Source: a virus
IMG/VR virus record: IMGVR_UViG_3300025150_000004
Span: 64,001-128,000 of that record
DNA length: 64,000 nucleotides
Reading direction: 5' to 3' (one strand)
Shown here: positions 19,901 through 28,008 of the stretch, piece by piece
How positions within the stretch are numbered: the stretch's first letter is position 1
How the letters are laid out: each line of letters starts with the position of its first letter
Program-made: the position numbers and the translations under genes
Notes under the pieces: generated by a model
Seen by the model: only the letters and a program-made list of their open reading frames with translations
Databases searched by the model: none
What the model was told of the DNA's origin: nothing

Positions 19901-21362
19901 GAAGCACGTCCTGTTCGGTTGGTTGGGCGGGGACGGGACTCAGTCCCGGTTAGGGATCACGGGCAACACGGCGTCGTTCGATCTGATGAGCCAGATGCAC
20001 GTTCTGGCTGCCCGGTGCGGTTGGTATAGTCGCAAGCAGGTCACGTTCGACCGTCGAGCCGCCATCTTGGACGAGGTGGTCAACGGTTCCGGTCCGGTGA
20101 CGGTGCGAGATAGCAATGGATGGCTGCCTTCGTTCTCGTTGACCCTGCCCGAGCCTGCGGGCTTTGGTGGTGAGGTTAGGTTCACGGACCCCGAAAGCGC
20201 ACGGGTCACGTTGTCGGGTGTCACGGACGGTTTCAAGCGGGTGGGCAACTACCTGTTGTACCGGGTCCGAGAGGCATGGAACGAGTGCTTCTCCGGGCAG
20301 GTCCACAACATCGAGGTCGCCAAAGACAAGAGCTACGTCGTGGAGGGCATGGCCGTCCACAACTGCCCGCACATCAAGTACCAGAAGGGCAACACCTTCT
20401 TCGACGAGCAGGGTCGGCAGCACATCATCGCCGAGCTTTGCGGGCACGAGAGCCTCGACCCAACCGGCGGCGTCACCTTCATCGAGGCGTCGTGGGTTGA
20501 GACACCAGCCTTCACGGGAGCGGTCCTCCGCAACGTGATGGAGGCGACCGAGGAGACGGCCAAGAAGGCCGAGGCAGTTCTCAACTCCCCGCCCCCCCAG
20601 TGGTCCACCGCCGCCATGGCGAAGGCCGCAGGGATGACCAAGACGGGCGTGGGGATCGACGCCCTGGAGCGGGCGGCGCAGCAAGATGGCCGTGTCGTGG
20701 GCCGAGTAGCCCACGGTCCTCTGACTTCTCCCGAAGTCCTCTCTGTCGGGGCCAATCCTTCGATGGAGGCCGACCTGTTCCTGTCGGGATGGGACGAAGA
20801 GGACGACGAGGGGGCCGACGCCCCCGCTGCACCTCCGAAGGAGGAGGGCACCCCTCTCGAAGAGCTTCGCCAGGAGGTCAAGCAGCACCTCCTGAACGAG
20901 GTCAAGCGGGAGATCAAGGACGAGATGAGGAAGAAGGACGTGTCCGACCGCCTCGACTCCACGGCCCCCAACGACACGGTTCAGCATGAAGCTGATGGCC
21001 TCGGGACGCCCTCAAGATCCCGACAGCACGAGGCACGGGCCTACACGGCCGGGATCAACACCTTGGTCCGCACTGCTGCCTCGGACATCGATCTGATGGA
21101 GGCGGTTGCCGCCTTCAACAGGGAGGCAGGGGTTTCGGTCCCTGTCCCGCTTTACCGGGCGGCCCTCAAGGTGGGGCCGTCTACCCAGTTCTCGGGGTCT
21201 TCGACATCCGAGTTCGTCCGGGCCTGCCACGCCGCTCTGGGACGGCAGCCCAACACCACTGAGGTTCGGGTCATGGCCCGTCTCAGCCATCTGCTGTCCC
21301 GTCGGACTTCGGCCCGCACGGGGAACCACAAGGCAGTCGCCACAGAAGGAGCGTTGACATGA
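16938..21362 (+). CDS. Prohead (maturation) protease with two inteins; about 552 aa after splicing
   Basis: NNNRDAW, NFVEH and LSMGC motifs, FIEASWVETPAF, position upstream of scaffold and capsid. Confidence 0.85.
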   Translation: MAFMKYARAVVEHPHVSRREWGQIRTAGRSFGKVPSFARTRVKLARGSVPTNLVDQASTIFGDVFDPGQYLLTHATIVASVDVFQPQGIKLGSQLEGGFVVNRKYGDFRVEPRCAQFINNNRDAWTRGVLLKAFETFIGGHNFVEHVQIESMSKGRIIDAVARDIGDSVYIDILIATDRKHRDLVTAIENGKMGTLSMGCFLPGTQVTMADGRRIAIEDVQPGDMVLTHKGRAREVLNKQIKGGKWDMRTVHAVGLASPITSTGNHPYYVLRPAEVCACGCGESLPAYVSSAKKPTTRSLTRRFKVGHDKRVLNPNNTYSLDEFKRRKAQMDEIQNPELVKVRADELRVGDFIAFPRVKDGEHTLSVSDGKARLLGYFLAEGCFAKEKGRPVQVTFCFSMDEKSTFVAEVEGLLKQEFPDRRNEPWVQERVDSNNCMVHIRDPEVAAWFKEHGGEYSPGKRLSADAMNWSVESHKHLIGAWLNGDGHRAKAHGGFLVGTTVSLDLASQMHALMAKCGWFARFEARIGSKSVTVAEAINGGVAVRDEATGRLPAYLLTIGNTQSVELQGYCAKAPTTAKYSNQNNRTFEDWVVSPITAIEESTYEGWVHDMEVEEDHTYVAVGACVSNCTVDGTICTKCGHWAADETEMCFPTGTRILMADGKYVPIEEVVEGDLVVTHTGAIQPVLHTMGRHHDGNVTVLNVEGVPQPIRATTGHRFWVMRPETHCQCGCGQSFRRTVEHERGASQAFQRRFLPGHNSKVIPFPSGLFAPADSRNTGANLEFVPAKDIRKGDYLTFPIPQQVTASPEATEDKARLIGFFLAEGSFIKRDGVLVGVSFDFGAHEYGSLAVEVEDLLNKVWGRDERRTVDFDWRQKVASEGAKPIRRRKNSRPVPTDLTCPSCKAPSEYAYNVRFKKGQDDCYQCKVCNRQWVEGSDRAVRACRNLTGESACSVRLMCSEAAEWFHTFCGEYAHGKALAPEVMYWPQEIQKHVLFGWLGGDGTQSRLGITGNTASFDLMSQMHVLAARCGWYSRKQVTFDRRAAILDEVVNGSGPVTVRDSNGWLPSFSLTLPEPAGFGGEVRFTDPESARVTLSGVTDGFKRVGNYLLYRVREAWNECFSGQVHNIEVAKDKSYVVEGMAVHNCPHIKYQKGNTFFDEQGRQHIIAELCGHESLDPTGGVTFIEASWVETPAFTGAVLRNVMEATEETAKKAEAVLNSPPPQWSTAAMAKAAGMTKTGVGIDALERAAQQDGRVVGRVAHGPLTSPEVLSVGANPSMEADLFLSGWDEEDDEGADAPAAPPKEEGTPLEELRQEVKQHLLNEVKREIKDEMRKKDVSDRLDSTAPNDTVQHEADGLGTPSRSRQHEARAYTAGINTLVRTAASDIDLMEAVAAFNREAGVSVPVPLYRAALKVGPSTQFSGSSTSEFVRACHAALGRQPNTTEVRVMARLSHLLSRRTSARTGNHKAVATEGALT
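17535..18818 (+). mobile_element. Intein 1 of the protease (428 aa, LAGLIDADG)
   Basis: SMG|CFLPGTQVTMADG ... CVSN|C; LLGYFLAEG and LIGAWLNGDG; penultimate Ser instead of His. Confidence 0.93.
18882..20363 (+). mobile_element. Intein 2 of the protease (494 aa, LAGLIDADG)
   Basis: EM|CFPTGTRILMADG ... AVHN|C; LIGFFLAEG and LFGWLGGDG. Confidence 0.95.
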
Positions 21363-23023
21363 GCACTCGCAACCGTTCGACGTGGGCGGCGGACAAGAAG
21401 GCAGGTCAGGCACCTGCGGTCCCCGGCTACGGATCCGAAGACCAGGACCACCCGGCTCACAAGCCGGAGCCCGGCTACGCCGACTACAAGAAGGGTGACC
21501 CGGACGCCTGGGCCGAGACGCCGAACCCGCCCCCGTACCCCGAGGGCAACCCGCCGTCCGTCCCCGGCTACGACACCGAGGATCAGGACCACCCGGCCCA
21601 CAAGAGGAACCCCCGGGTGGAGAAGCTGTCCTCGCTGGTGGAGAAGAAGGCCAAGAAGGCCCTCGTCATCGCCAGCCACATGCTGGGCAAGGAGGCCACC
21701 AAGGAGGCCGTCGAGCTTCAGGCTCTCGACCTCATGGACATGGACGATGCCGTGATGGAGGCGACCCTCAAGCGCCTCGGCGGCGGCTTCATGGCCGACG
21801 ACGACATGGACCCGATGTACGACATGGAGCCCGAACTCGACGAGGTCGAGCCCATGGCGTGCGGGGCCATGTACGGCCTCGAAGACATGGAGATGGAGGG
21901 GCCGATGGGCGTGTTCGCCAACGCCCTCAAGGCCATCGCCACCGACCTGAAGGCCCTCAAGGACGCCAACCAGAACCAGTACCCCGGCCCGACGCTCGGG
22001 GGACCGGCGAAGGACGAGGCAGGTGCTCGGGCCGAGGCTTCCCAGGTCTCCGGCCTGGAGGCCAAGGCTCGTGCCGAGGGTGCCGCAGCGGCCAAGGGCG
22101 AGGTCCACGCCTCTGTCTTCGACGGCATGGACAAGGACCGGGACGGCTTCGTGACGGCCTCCGAGTTCACGGGCAGCAAGGCGATCTTCGCCGCCATCGA
22201 CGTGGACGCCGACGGCATCATCTCCAAGTCCGAGTACGTCGCCGCCTTCTCGGCCACCGCCAAGAAGGCCGAGGACGACGAGGACGAGGATGGCAAGGAG
22301 GCCGCCAAGAAGGCCGAGGACGACGAGGACGACAAGGGCAAGGAGGCCAAGAAGGCCGACGACGCCATGCTCGACCTCATGGCCAGCCTCTCCGACGACG
22401 AGATCGCCATGCTCCACCAGGCGTCCGAGGACGACAAGGAGAACGGCGACGACGAGGAGACCGCCGCCAAGAAGGCCGCTGCTCGACTCGCTCAGCTTCG
22501 GGCCGAGGCCGGGTGCGACAAGCTCCCGCCCGCCCTGAAGGAGAAGTGCGAGGAGAAGTCCGGCAAGGGCGACGACAAGGGCGACGACAAGGGCAAGGAG
22601 GCCGCCAAGAAGGCCGACGACGACGAGGACGAGGACGACGAGCCCGAGGACAAGGGCGAGGAGTCCGAGGGCGGTGACGAGGACGACGACAAGGAGGCCG
22701 CCAAGAAGGCCACCGAGGACGCCGCCTTCTTCGCCTCCACCGGGGACCCCATGGGCCTCGGCGGGGACCCGTCCCACGGTCTGAACCTCACGGCCGAGGA
22801 CGAGGCGGTGCTCAACGAGATCTTCGCCGCCGACGTGCCGAACACGGCGTCCGCCCTCCCGGGTGACGCCGTCGAGGCGGCCATGAAGCCCCAGCCGAAG
22901 CAGGCGAGCACCGGCTCGACCGCCCCGGTCGGCAACATGACCCGCACGGCCTCGGGCGGGATCTCGGACCTCTCCCAGCTTTGGGAGTCGGCTCCCGACG
23001 TGTCCAAGGTCTTCGGCGTCTGA
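21359..23023 (+). CDS. Scaffolding/core protein with an EF-hand pair and acidic repeats
   Basis: Lies between protease and capsid genes; very acidic low-complexity sequence; loops DKDRDGFVTASE and DVDADGIISKSE. Confidence 0.7.
   Translation: MSTRNRSTWAADKKAGQAPAVPGYGSEDQDHPAHKPEPGYADYKKGDPDAWAETPNPPPYPEGNPPSVPGYDTEDQDHPAHKRNPRVEKLSSLVEKKAKKALVIASHMLGKEATKEAVELQALDLMDMDDAVMEATLKRLGGGFMADDDMDPMYDMEPELDEVEPMACGAMYGLEDMEMEGPMGVFANALKAIATDLKALKDANQNQYPGPTLGGPAKDEAGARAEASQVSGLEAKARAEGAAAAKGEVHASVFDGMDKDRDGFVTASEFTGSKAIFAAIDVDADGIISKSEYVAAFSATAKKAEDDEDEDGKEAAKKAEDDEDDKGKEAKKADDAMLDLMASLSDDEIAMLHQASEDDKENGDDEETAAKKAAARLAQLRAEAGCDKLPPALKEKCEEKSGKGDDKGDDKGKEAAKKADDDEDEDDEPEDKGEESEGGDEDDDKEAAKKATEDAAFFASTGDPMGLGGDPSHGLNLTAEDEAVLNEIFAADVPNTASALPGDAVEAAMKPQPKQASTGSTAPVGNMTRTASGGISDLSQLWESAPDVSKVFGV
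22255..22712 (+). repeat. Imperfect coding repeats (KEAAKKA-E/D-DDED)
   Basis: Repeated GGCAAGGAGGCCGCCAAGAAGGCCGA-like units. Confidence 0.85.
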
Positions 23024-23029
23024 TCGAAC

Positions 23030-23075
23030 TGGGTTCTTCATCCCCGGTTTTTCGGAGCCGGGGATGAAGAACCCA
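23030..23075 (+). terminator. Long hairpin after the scaffold gene
   Basis: TGGGTTCTTCATCCCCGG ... CCGGGGATGAAGAACCCA inverted repeat; no clear U-tract. Confidence 0.65.
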
Positions 23076-23226
23076 CGGGAACCCCCGGGTTCTTCGGTAA
23101 TTGATTGATAGTTGACCTGTATGTGTGAGGGCGGATGACCCGCTCATCAAACTAGAGGCCCGAGGGGGCAAGGCTCCCGCTGGCTTCAACACCAAGGCCC
23201 TGTGAACAGGGAGTGGAGGATACAAC

Positions 23227-23874
23227 ATGCCTTTGCTTGGACAGGCCAGCGGTGGGTGGACCGAGTCGTCTTCGGCCCTTCGTCTTCTGCACCTCGGCGT
23301 GCGGAACTCGACGGGGGTGCTCACGGATGACGCTTTCACCCAGGCCAACCCTCGGGTGATCGTGGTCGCTGCCACGATCTCGACTCATGTGGACACGACT
23401 GCGACCGGCGTTCTCTCCGGCTCGGTGTGCTTCGCCCGTCAGGACGGCGGTGAGAACTTCATCGGCGGACCGACGGCCGACGGCAACAACGCCGGTGCGA
23501 ACGACGCCCGCCAGCGTCCCCTGGGCGTCTTCATCAACTCGGCGAACGGCAACGCCTTCGAGAACACCCCGGGCACGGCGTCCGGCAAGGGACCCTACGT
23601 CTCGGGCCAGGGCACCTACGGCAACGGGCTGTTCGAGACGCAGGTGCTCACGGGCGGCGGTGCCGGGAACAACCTGGCGTACACGGCCGGTGACCGGCTG
23701 GTGGCCTCCGTCAACGGGTTCCTCACGAACTCCACTGGCGTGGCGACCGACGTTCACGACGCCGCCGGTGGTCACGCTTCGAGCGACCTCGGCGGCAACG
23801 CCTACGAGATCGGCATCCTGAAGATGGCCCCCGACGCCACCCAGAACGAACTGGTCTACGACCAGCGCATCTGA
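23227..23874 (+). CDS. Head decoration/cement protein
   Basis: Gly/Thr/Asn-rich 215-aa protein immediately before the major capsid gene; strong RBS. Confidence 0.7.
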   Translation: MPLLGQASGGWTESSSALRLLHLGVRNSTGVLTDDAFTQANPRVIVVAATISTHVDTTATGVLSGSVCFARQDGGENFIGGPTADGNNAGANDARQRPLGVFINSANGNAFENTPGTASGKGPYVSGQGTYGNGLFETQVLTGGGAGNNLAYTAGDRLVASVNGFLTNSTGVATDVHDAAGGHASSDLGGNAYEIGILKMAPDATQNELVYDQRI

Positions 23875-23914
23875 CGGACGACCCGCAACCGAGAGAACCT
23901 CAAGGAGAATTACG

Positions 23915-24787
23915 ATGAGCGTTTCCAACGCAGTGAAGCAGCGGGTCATCGGCGAACTGATCCAGTCCCCCCAGGGACGGGCGAAGCTCGCCGCCTCGAT
24001 GACCCAGCCCCTCCGCCTCCGCCGGGACTACGCCTCGGTCGGCCGCAAGACCTTCCTGGTCGAGCAGCTTCCCGATGGCGCACTTCCCATCTACGACAAG
24101 GACCCCGACGTGACGGCGTTCGTGGTCGGCGAAGAGGGCGAGAACATCCTGGCCGTCACCAAGCCGAGGCGGGTGATCTTCCCGCTGTTCGAGATCGCCA
24201 GCAACCCGGAGATCCCGCTGACCCAGATCAAGGAGCGGCGCTTCGACCTGATCGAGCGTGCCCAGGATCTCGGCCGGGCTCAGGTGCAGGCGGCCGAGGA
24301 CGAGCGGGTGTTCGCCACCCTCGACGCCATGGCGACGGCGGGCTTCGACTCCCTCCCGGGCCAGACCAACGCCGACATCCCGGTGATCGCTCCGATCTCG
24401 GGTGCGGTGCTGGCCGACGCCTTCTCCCTCGTGGAGCGGCACGACCTGCGGGTGGCTCGGGTGTACATGAACGCCCGGGACTTCGCCGACATCCGCAAGT
24501 TCGGGCGGAACATCCTCGACATCGAGACCCAGGCCACCCTGCTCAAGACGGGCCTCATGGGCGTGCTGTACGGCGCTCAGATCGTCGTGAGCCGCCTGGT
24601 GCCGGTGGGCACGGTCTACGTCTGCTGCGAACCCGAGCACTTCGGCCGCATCCCGGTCCGTACCGAACTGACGGTGCTCTCCGCCGACGACCCGAAGGCC
24701 CGCACCATCGGCTTCTCGATCTTCGAGAACCTGGGCATCGGGGCCTTCAACCCCCGGGGCCTCGCCCGTCTCACGGTCAACCGCTAA
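23915..24787 (+). CDS. Major capsid protein (HK97 fold)
   Basis: AAGGAG RBS, strongly biased codons, QAAEDERVF spine helix, GVLYGAQIVVS and AFNPRGL C-terminal motifs, followed by a terminator. Confidence 0.88.
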   Translation: MSVSNAVKQRVIGELIQSPQGRAKLAASMTQPLRLRRDYASVGRKTFLVEQLPDGALPIYDKDPDVTAFVVGEEGENILAVTKPRRVIFPLFEIASNPEIPLTQIKERRFDLIERAQDLGRAQVQAAEDERVFATLDAMATAGFDSLPGQTNADIPVIAPISGAVLADAFSLVERHDLRVARVYMNARDFADIRKFGRNILDIETQATLLKTGLMGVLYGAQIVVSRLVPVGTVYVCCEPEHFGRIPVRTELTVLSADDPKARTIGFSIFENLGIGAFNPRGLARLTVNR

Positions 24788-24809
24788 TCAGCGGTAATCA
24801 CTCGTCCTA

Positions 24810-24848
24810 TTAGGATCCCCCGTTGTTGAAAACAGCGGGGGATCCTAA
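24810..24848 (+). terminator. Hairpin terminator after the capsid gene
   Basis: TTAGGATCCCCCG..CGGGGGATCCTAA inverted repeat. Confidence 0.75.
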
Positions 24849-24926
24849 CTTAGCGAGGGTGATTAGTTCGACCACCCCACCTTTTTCAAAACATCTCCAA
24901 ACAAGCGTTGACCTTCTCACTTCGAT

Positions 24927-26891
24927 GTGTTTACATTTGAAGTCAGAGAGGTTGAAGTGGTGGAACTGTCGTCTGAACTCCTTCGGGAGTTGTACCTGGA
25001 ACAACGGTTGTCCGAGGCTCTTATCGCAGAGCGGTTTGGAACCTACCAGGTGAAGATCGGCAGGCTGAGGAAAAAGTGGGGAATCCCCACCCTCTCCAAA
25101 ACCGAGAGGGTCGCAGGTGCTTTACCTGATCTCACCGAACAGCAACGGGAACTCATTATGGGCTCGTTACTTGGTGACGGCTGGATGCGGGCCAGCAGTG
25201 AACTGGCCGCAGGGTTTGGCGAAGGCCATGCCGTTTCCCAGTCTGCTTACACGGATTGGAAAGCTGATTTACTTGAGCCGTTCACCCGCTCCAGATATCA
25301 CGGGAAAAAGACAGACGGGGAAACGGGCAAGGTCTATCACAGTTGGTCTTTTGCGACGGCCTGTTGTACCCAGATTCGTCCTTATTATGACCTTTTCTAC
25401 CCCTCTCCAGCCCGTAAACGGCGTTTCCCTCCGAATCTGCCTGATTTAATGACCCCGTTTATGCTGGCTGTTTGGTACATGGATGATGGGAACCTAACGG
25501 AGCGAAATGAGCCCAGAATCGCTTTTGGTTTGGATGACCGGAGTTTGTATCGGGGGCTGAAGGCTTTGTCGAAGCTCGGTCTCAAGCCCAGGGTCTACGG
25601 TCAGGGTTCCGATCAGGCCATCCATTTTCCCAAGCAGAGGATGAAGTTCCGAGCCCTCATCGAGACTTACGTCCCTGAGTGCATGACCCACAAACTCCCG
25701 ATCGAAACTGATCGTCAGGCTGGCGATCGGAGAGCCAGGGTTTTGACGTTGGATAAGGCAGCGCATCTCTACCGGGGCGGTCTCAGTGCGGAAGCGATAG
25801 CACAGGTCTACGGGGTCGGGACCTCCACCGTGAGCCGCCGCCTGAAAGATGCTGGGGTGCAGAAGCGCCGATCAGGCCCTCACTCGAAGAAGTTGACCCG
25901 GGAGGCTGCTGAGGCTGTGCTGGGGTCCTTCGACCCATCTCGGTGGTCTACCTTGACTGAGCAAGAGCAGGATCGGTGGGTAAGGGAAGCGTTCCAGGTG
26001 TTACGGACGCTAGGGTTCCCATTTCCGAAGCAGGGTTCGGTTTCCATTGCTAAGGAGTTGTCTAAGGTCAGGGAATCCCAGATGTTCCTGGAAGATAGTC
26101 GTATCATGCCGGTACGACGGGTAGGGATCGGACTCTGCAAAGAGTTTTTCCCCAACCGGTACCGGGCCGTTTCGATGACCAAAGCCGTATCGGCTTGGGA
26201 ATCCTGGCATCGGGATTCTGACCTTAAGCGGGCTGTTCGCTTTCAGTTCAAGGTGGGGGACCCAGTGCTTCCTCATCGGGTACTCCGGGCGGTGACCATG
26301 AATTGTCGGACGCCAACCGTATTTCGTCCGACCGTGGCCCGGTTCATCTATGAGAGATTCCTGGAGCCGGGTCAGGTGACCTGGGACCCTTGTTCTGGGT
26401 ATGGGGGTCGTCTGTTAGGTGCTGTGGCTGCCGGAGTCCGGTACGTTTCGACCGATGTTGACCCGGAGACCGTGGAGGGGAACTTGGCTCTAGCCAAGGC
26501 TTTGGGGGCGGATGTGTCAGTGATCTGCTGTCCGGCCGAGGCGTCAGACCCGCCACCTGTGAATTTGGTTTTCACGTCTCCGCCATATTTTCATCAGGAG
26601 CAGTACGAGGGTGGCTCGCAGTCGTGGAAGAAATATCCTGGGTTTGATATTTGGGTAGATGGTTTTCTACGGCCGATGGTCGAGAAAGGAGCCAAGGTTC
26701 TCCTTCCTGGTGGTCATTGGGTGATGAACATTGCCGATGTGAAAAACCGGAAGGGGTCGTTCCCGTTGGTGGTTGCCGCTCGTCAGGTCATGTCCGAGGT
26801 GGGGTTAACAGAGATGTCGATGTTGAAAATACCATTACCTTCGCTGAACCGGAAAGACCCCTGGGAGCCGGTCTTGGTGTTTCGGCGGTAG
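24927..26891 (+). CDS. HTH + LAGLIDADG endonuclease + HTH + amino (N4C/N6A) DNA methyltransferase fusion
   Basis: GSLLGDG and VWYMDDG LAGLIDADG motifs; DPCSGYGGR (motif I) and FTSPPY (motif IV); lower GC than its neighbours; the true start may be the GTG near 24957-24960. Confidence 0.85.
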   Translation: MFTFEVREVEVVELSSELLRELYLEQRLSEALIAERFGTYQVKIGRLRKKWGIPTLSKTERVAGALPDLTEQQRELIMGSLLGDGWMRASSELAAGFGEGHAVSQSAYTDWKADLLEPFTRSRYHGKKTDGETGKVYHSWSFATACCTQIRPYYDLFYPSPARKRRFPPNLPDLMTPFMLAVWYMDDGNLTERNEPRIAFGLDDRSLYRGLKALSKLGLKPRVYGQGSDQAIHFPKQRMKFRALIETYVPECMTHKLPIETDRQAGDRRARVLTLDKAAHLYRGGLSAEAIAQVYGVGTSTVSRRLKDAGVQKRRSGPHSKKLTREAAEAVLGSFDPSRWSTLTEQEQDRWVREAFQVLRTLGFPFPKQGSVSIAKELSKVRESQMFLEDSRIMPVRRVGIGLCKEFFPNRYRAVSMTKAVSAWESWHRDSDLKRAVRFQFKVGDPVLPHRVLRAVTMNCRTPTVFRPTVARFIYERFLEPGQVTWDPCSGYGGRLLGAVAAGVRYVSTDVDPETVEGNLALAKALGADVSVICCPAEASDPPPVNLVFTSPPYFHQEQYEGGSQSWKKYPGFDIWVDGFLRPMVEKGAKVLLPGGHWVMNIADVKNRKGSFPLVVAARQVMSEVGLTEMSMLKIPLPSLNRKDPWEPVLVFRR

Positions 26892-26951
26892 TTCGGTTCC
26901 TCCCTCCCAAGGGTAATAGACCTCGTGAGCCCCCGGTAAGGAGAGCCGAAC

Positions 26952-27617
26952 ATGCAGATCCCCGTTCCCGACAGCATCGCCTCTGCCGCTCTCGGCGGCA
27001 ACACGGGCGTCCTCACCGAGGTCAGCGACGCCTTCAAGGCCCTGAAGGCCGCCCAGGAGAAGGCCCAGCGGGCCCTTCAGCCCGAGGTCGCCCAGGTCTT
27101 GGCCGACGGCCTGGCCCGCTCGAAGGCCGCCAACGGCGAGTCCGCCCAGATGGTCATCACCGAGGAGGGTGCCCTGGTCGTCCGACTCGGCGAGTCCCAC
27201 GAGCCAACCGAGGCTCCCGAGGACCGCAAGGTCGTGGTCGCCCAGCCGTACACCCAGCCTGAGTCTCCGAAGGAGACCCAGAAGGTCACCCCTCCGGGTC
27301 CACCGCAGTACCCGTCCCTGGACGAGCTTCGCCAGCGGGCCGAGGCCGCCGGGGTGGACATCAGCGATCTCGACGGGCGCAAGAAGAAGGAGATCCTCGA
27401 CCGGATCGAGGTCGCCGAGAACGCCGCCCCCGAACCCTCACCGGCCCAGGAGACCCCACCCGAGGTGGTCGAACCCACGGAGGAAGACGAGGAGGACGAC
27501 CACCTGGGTCTGGATGTGGCCCCGGACGAGGAGCCGGTGGAGTCCCCGGAGAACGTGGGGGGGGCGGAGCCCGTCATCCCGCCCGAAGTGGACGTGGACT
27601 CCTGGCTGGACGACTAG
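26952..27617 (+). CDS. Acidic hypothetical protein with a small helix-extension-helix motif
   Basis: AAGGAG RBS; SLDELRQRAEAAGVDIS..KKKEILDRI. Confidence 0.7.
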   Translation: MQIPVPDSIASAALGGNTGVLTEVSDAFKALKAAQEKAQRALQPEVAQVLADGLARSKAANGESAQMVITEEGALVVRLGESHEPTEAPEDRKVVVAQPYTQPESPKETQKVTPPGPPQYPSLDELRQRAEAAGVDISDLDGRKKKEILDRIEVAENAAPEPSPAQETPPEVVEPTEEDEEDDHLGLDVAPDEEPVESPENVGGAEPVIPPEVDVDSWLDD

Positions 27618-27928
27618 AGGCTCATCCAGAACCAGCAGACCAGCGACCAGTAGACTACGAAGCAGACGTACCCCCCGGTGACCACGATCAGATGGTCCCT
27701 CCGCCTCCACATGAGGTAGGACCCCAGTCCGACCAGGGACGTTTTGACGGCCACGAATGGCAGTGGCCCCGACTCCATCGGACCCTGGAGGAGAGGATTG
27801 GCCTCGACGGCGAGCCCTTTGGCGACGACCCAAAGGGTCGCCGAAGCATCAAACACGTTGAACACGAGCGTGGCGATGATGAAGAACGTCGCCAACGACT
27901 TCAGGAATTTTGACCCCACCAGCAACAC
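27614..27928 (-). CDS. Small membrane protein (DUF5658-like)
   Basis: FNVFDASAT...EANPL motif, three hydrophobic segments; GTG after GGAGGG. Confidence 0.7.
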   Translation of the reverse strand: MLLVGSKFLKSLATFFIIATLVFNVFDASATLWVVAKGLAVEANPLLQGPMESGPLPFVAVKTSLVGLGSYLMWRRRDHLIVVTGGYVCFVVYWSLVCWFWMSL

Positions 27929-28008
27929 ATTACTTCCCTCCAGGGTCCCCCGAGCCGTGACCGGGGGCCGGGCGTGGGGGAAGCACCACCCGGCCCCCGG
28001 TCGGCGAG

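Noticed and set aside
22255-22712. CRISPR-like or non-coding repeat array
   Set aside because: The repeats are in-frame, degenerate and encode acidic scaffold sequence; no cas genes or constant repeat-spacer period anywhere in the window
24792-24810. Additional late-promoter copy after the capsid gene (CGGT..CTAT)
   Set aside because: Spacing is 11 nt rather than 7 and it overlaps the terminator stem
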